64,000 nucleotides of DNA from Eledone cirrhosa. Its lineage: Eukaryota. Every line of letters starts with the position of its first letter. Within the stretch, counting starts at the first letter, position 1. The stretch is taken from NCBI GenBank assembly GCA_964016885.1, contig OZ024741.1, positions 249,550,001 through 249,614,000 on the forward strand, in the 5' to 3' direction. The notes under the pieces are model-generated. The model did no database searches. It had not been told where the DNA came from and worked only from the letters and a program-made list of their open reading frames with translations. The translations under genes were made by a program, and so were the position numbers. Shown here piece by piece: positions 61,501 through 64,000 of this stretch.

Positions 61501-64000
61501 TTGTAAAAAAAAATCAAGGGGAGATAATTTCCAGCCGTCCAAGGGGAGGTAATATCTAGCCATCCAAGGGGAGATAATTTCCAGCCGTCCAAGGGGAGAT
61601 AATTTCCAGCCGTCCAAGGGGAGATAATATCCAGCCGTCCAAGGAGACATATTTTCCAGCCGTCCAAGGAGAGGAAATTTCTAGCCGTCCAAGGGGAGAT
61701 AAGTTCCAGCCTCCAAGGGGAGATAATTTCCAGCCAGCCAAGGGGAGATAATTTGTAAAAAAATCAGGGGGAGATAATTTGTAAAAAAAAAATCAGGGGG
61801 AGATAATTTGTAAAAAAATCAGGGGGAGATAATTTGTAAAAAAAATCAGGGGGAGATAATTTGTAGAAAAAATCAGGGGTAGATAATTTGTAAAAAAAAT
61901 CAGGGGGAGATAATTTGTAAAAAAAATCAGGGGGAGATAATTTGTAAAAAAAATCAGGGGTAGATAATTTTCAGCCGTCCAAGGGGAGATAATTTCCATC
62001 CTTCCAAGGGGAGATAATTTCCAGCCGTCCAAGGGGAGATAATTTCCCGCCAGCCAAGGAGAGATAACATTTAAAAAAATCAGGCGGAGATAATTTGTAA
62101 AAAAAATCAGGGGGAGATAATTTGTAAAAAAATCAGGGGGAGATAATTTGTAAAAAAAATCAGGGGTAGATAATTTCCAGCCGTCCAAGGGGAGATAATT
62201 TCCATCCTTCCAAGGGGAGATAATTTCCAGCCGTCCAAGGGGAGATAATTTCCCGCCAGCCAAGGAGAGATAATATTTAAAAAAATCAGGCGGAGATAAT
62301 TTGTAAAAAAAATCAGGGGGAGATAATTTGTAAAAAAATCAGGGGGAGATAATTTGTAAAAAAAAATCAGGGGGAGATAATTTGTAAAAAAAATCAGGGG
62401 GAGATAATTTGTAAAAAAAATCAGGGGTAGATAATTTGTAAAAAAAAATCAGGGGGAGATAATTTGTAAAAAAAAAATCAGGGGGAGATAATTTGTAAAA
62501 AAATCAAGGGGAGATAATTTCCAGCCGTCCAAGGGGAGATAATTTTCAGCCGTCCAAGGAGAGGTAATTTCTAGCCGTCCAAGGGGAGATAATTTCCAGC
62601 CGTCCAAGGGGAGATAATTTTTTTAAAAAAATCAGGCGGAGATAATTTGTAAACAAAAATCAGGGGAAGATAATTTGTAAAAAAAAATCAGGGGGAGATA
62701 ATTTGTAAAAAAAAATCAGGGGGAGATAATTTGTAAAAAAAATCAAGGGGATATAATTTCCAGCCGTCCAAGGGGAGGTAATATCTAGCCATCCAAGGGG
62801 AGATAATTTCCAGCCGTCCAAGGGGAGATATTTTCCAGCCGTCCAAGGAGAGGTAATTTCTAGCCGTCCAAGGGGAGATAAGTTCCTGCCTCCAAGGGGA
62901 GATAATTTCCAGCCAGCCAAGGGGAGATAATTTGTAAAAAAATCAGGGGGAGATAATTTGTAAAAAAAAAATCAGGGGGAGATAATTTGTAAAAAAATCA
63001 GGGGGAGATAATTTGTAAAAAAAAAATCAGGGGGAGATAATTTGTAAAAAAAATCAGGGGGAGATAATTTGTAAAAAAAATCAGGGGTAGATAATTTGTA
63101 AAAAAAATCAGGGGGAGATAATTTGTAAAAAAATCAGGGGGAGATAATTTGTAAAAAAAATCAGGGGTAGATAATTTCCAGCCGTCCAAGGGGAGATAAT
63201 TTCCATCCTTCCAAGGGGAGATAATTTCCAGCCGTCCAAGGGGAGATAATTTCCCGCCAGCCAAGGAGAGATAATATTTAAAAAAATCAGGCGGAGATAA
63301 TTTGTAAAAAAAATCAGGGGGAGATAATTTGTAAAAAAATCAGGGGGAGATAATTTGTAAAAAAAAATCAGGGGAGATAATTTGTAAAAAAAATCAGGGG
63401 GAGATAATTTGTAAAAAAAAATCAGGGGTAGATAATTTGTAAAAAAAAATCAGGGGGAGATAATTTGTAAAAAAAAAATCAGGGGGAGATAATTCGTAAA
63501 AAAATCAAGGGGAGATAATTTCCAGCCGTCCAAGGGGAGATAATTTTCAGCCGTCCAAGGAGGTAATTTCTAGCCGTCCAAGGGGAGATAATTTCCAGCC
63601 GTCCAAGGGGAGATAATTTTTTTAAAAAAATCAGGCGGAGATAATTTGTAAACAAAAATCAGGGGGAGATAATTTGTAAAAAAAAATCAGGGGGAGATAA
63701 TTTGTAAAAAAAAATCAGGGGGAGATAATTTGTAAAAAAAATCAAGGGGAGATAATTTCCAGCCGTCCAAGGGGAGGTAATATCTAGCCATCCAAGGGGA
63801 GATAATTTCCAGCCGTCCAAGGGGAGATAATTTCCAGCCGTCCAAGGGGAGATAATATCCAGCCGTCCAAGGAGACATATTTTCCAGCCGTCCAAGGAGA
63901 GGAAATTTCTAGCCGTCCAAGGGGAGATAAGTTCCAGCCTCCAAGGGGAGATAATTTCCAGCCAGCCAAGGGGAGATAATTTGTAAAAAAATCAGGGGGA
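55600..64000 (+). repeat. Long-range mosaic re-copy of the 26-37 kb region
   Basis: Offsets are ~29259 (GGGTGAGA...AAAAGAAAAA at 27012/56271), 26001-26028 (32576->58577, 34202->60230, 36632->62660) and 33282 (30377->63659, sharing TAATTCGTAA and GAGGAAATTT). Confidence 0.88.

Larger units (their letters stand above)
1..64000 (+). repeat. Composite two-monomer satellite array (25-bp A and 26-29-bp B monomers sharing a 17-bp head), running off both ends of the window
   Basis: GGGGAGATAATTT or a close variant recurs every ~23-29 bp from the first line to the last, always on the + strand. I found no unique sequence and no inversion. Confidence 0.99.

Noticed and set aside
211-63969. Minus-strand ORFs of 61-244 aa (LSPLGRLEII / NYLPLIFFT / YKLSPPDFF repeats)
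   Set aside because: These are translation artefacts. The reverse complement of monomer A has no stop in any frame and B has only one TGA. The 25-bp unit cycles through all frames, ORFs overlap in several frames, most starts are TTG, and lengths depend on A-run indels. The + strand lacks ORFs because TAA is in almost every head.
1-64000. CRISPR array (constant repeat plus variable spacer appearance)
   Set aside because: The 'spacers' are only 8-12 bp and of two recurrent types rather than unique. The repeat is ~17 bp, and there is no leader or cas gene.
1-64000. Telomeric repeat (G-rich strand, occasional TTAGGGGG, 25-bp unit like some yeast telomeres)
   Set aside because: TTAGGG arises only from a C-to-T variant of TCAGGG in a few B monomers (e.g. 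~2426, ~10803). Two monomer types and kilobase-scale HORs with inherited SNPs are not compatible with telomerase-templated synthesis. A subtelomeric location is not excluded.
1-64000. Canonical G-quadruplex array
   Set aside because: The G4-G5 runs are separated by ~21-24 nt, far beyond the usual 1-7 nt loops. Only long-loop or intermolecular G4 would be possible, and nothing here supports that.
1-64000. Pure assembly or sequencing artefact
   Set aside because: Hierarchically shared private SNPs, consistent homopolymer lengths and copy-specific differences fit real array evolution. Individual near-identical duplications (3399, 1970 bp) still need read support.
1-64000. Integron attC cassettes, DGR, shufflon or other prokaryotic diversity system; plasmid iteron origin
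   Set aside because: There is no recombinase, reverse transcriptase or Rep gene, no cargo between repeats and no inverted sites. The array is orders of magnitude longer than known iteron clusters.

Overview
The whole 64 kb is one uninterrupted, single-orientation satellite array of roughly 2,450 monomers (64,000 / ~26 bp, estimated rather than counted). I see no credible gene, RNA gene, transposon or CRISPR. Every monomer has the same ~17-bp head, YCARGGGGAGATAATTT, followed by one of two tails. Tail CCAGCCGT gives monomer A (25 bp, 52% GC). Tail GT(A)7-10 gives monomer B (26-29 bp, ~30% GC). Runs of A and B alternate in a stereotyped order with junction-specific variant monomers. This forms a ~1.2-1.3 kb higher-order repeat (HOR); the copy at 8389-9646 is A9-B9-A4-B4-A4-B9-A4-B5, 48 monomers, 1258 bp. 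The HOR has been amplified by nested tandem duplications with offsets of about 1.97, 2.07, 2.79, 3.4, 3.58, 5.03, 5.18/7.15 and 11.1 kb, and by long-range re-use at about 26-33 kb. These offsets come from the ORF track and were cross-checked with private variants where available. All listed ORFs are minus-strand translation artefacts of the repeat. The organism cannot be identified from the sequence. The architecture resembles eukaryotic centromeric or heterochromatic satellite, but any function is inference.
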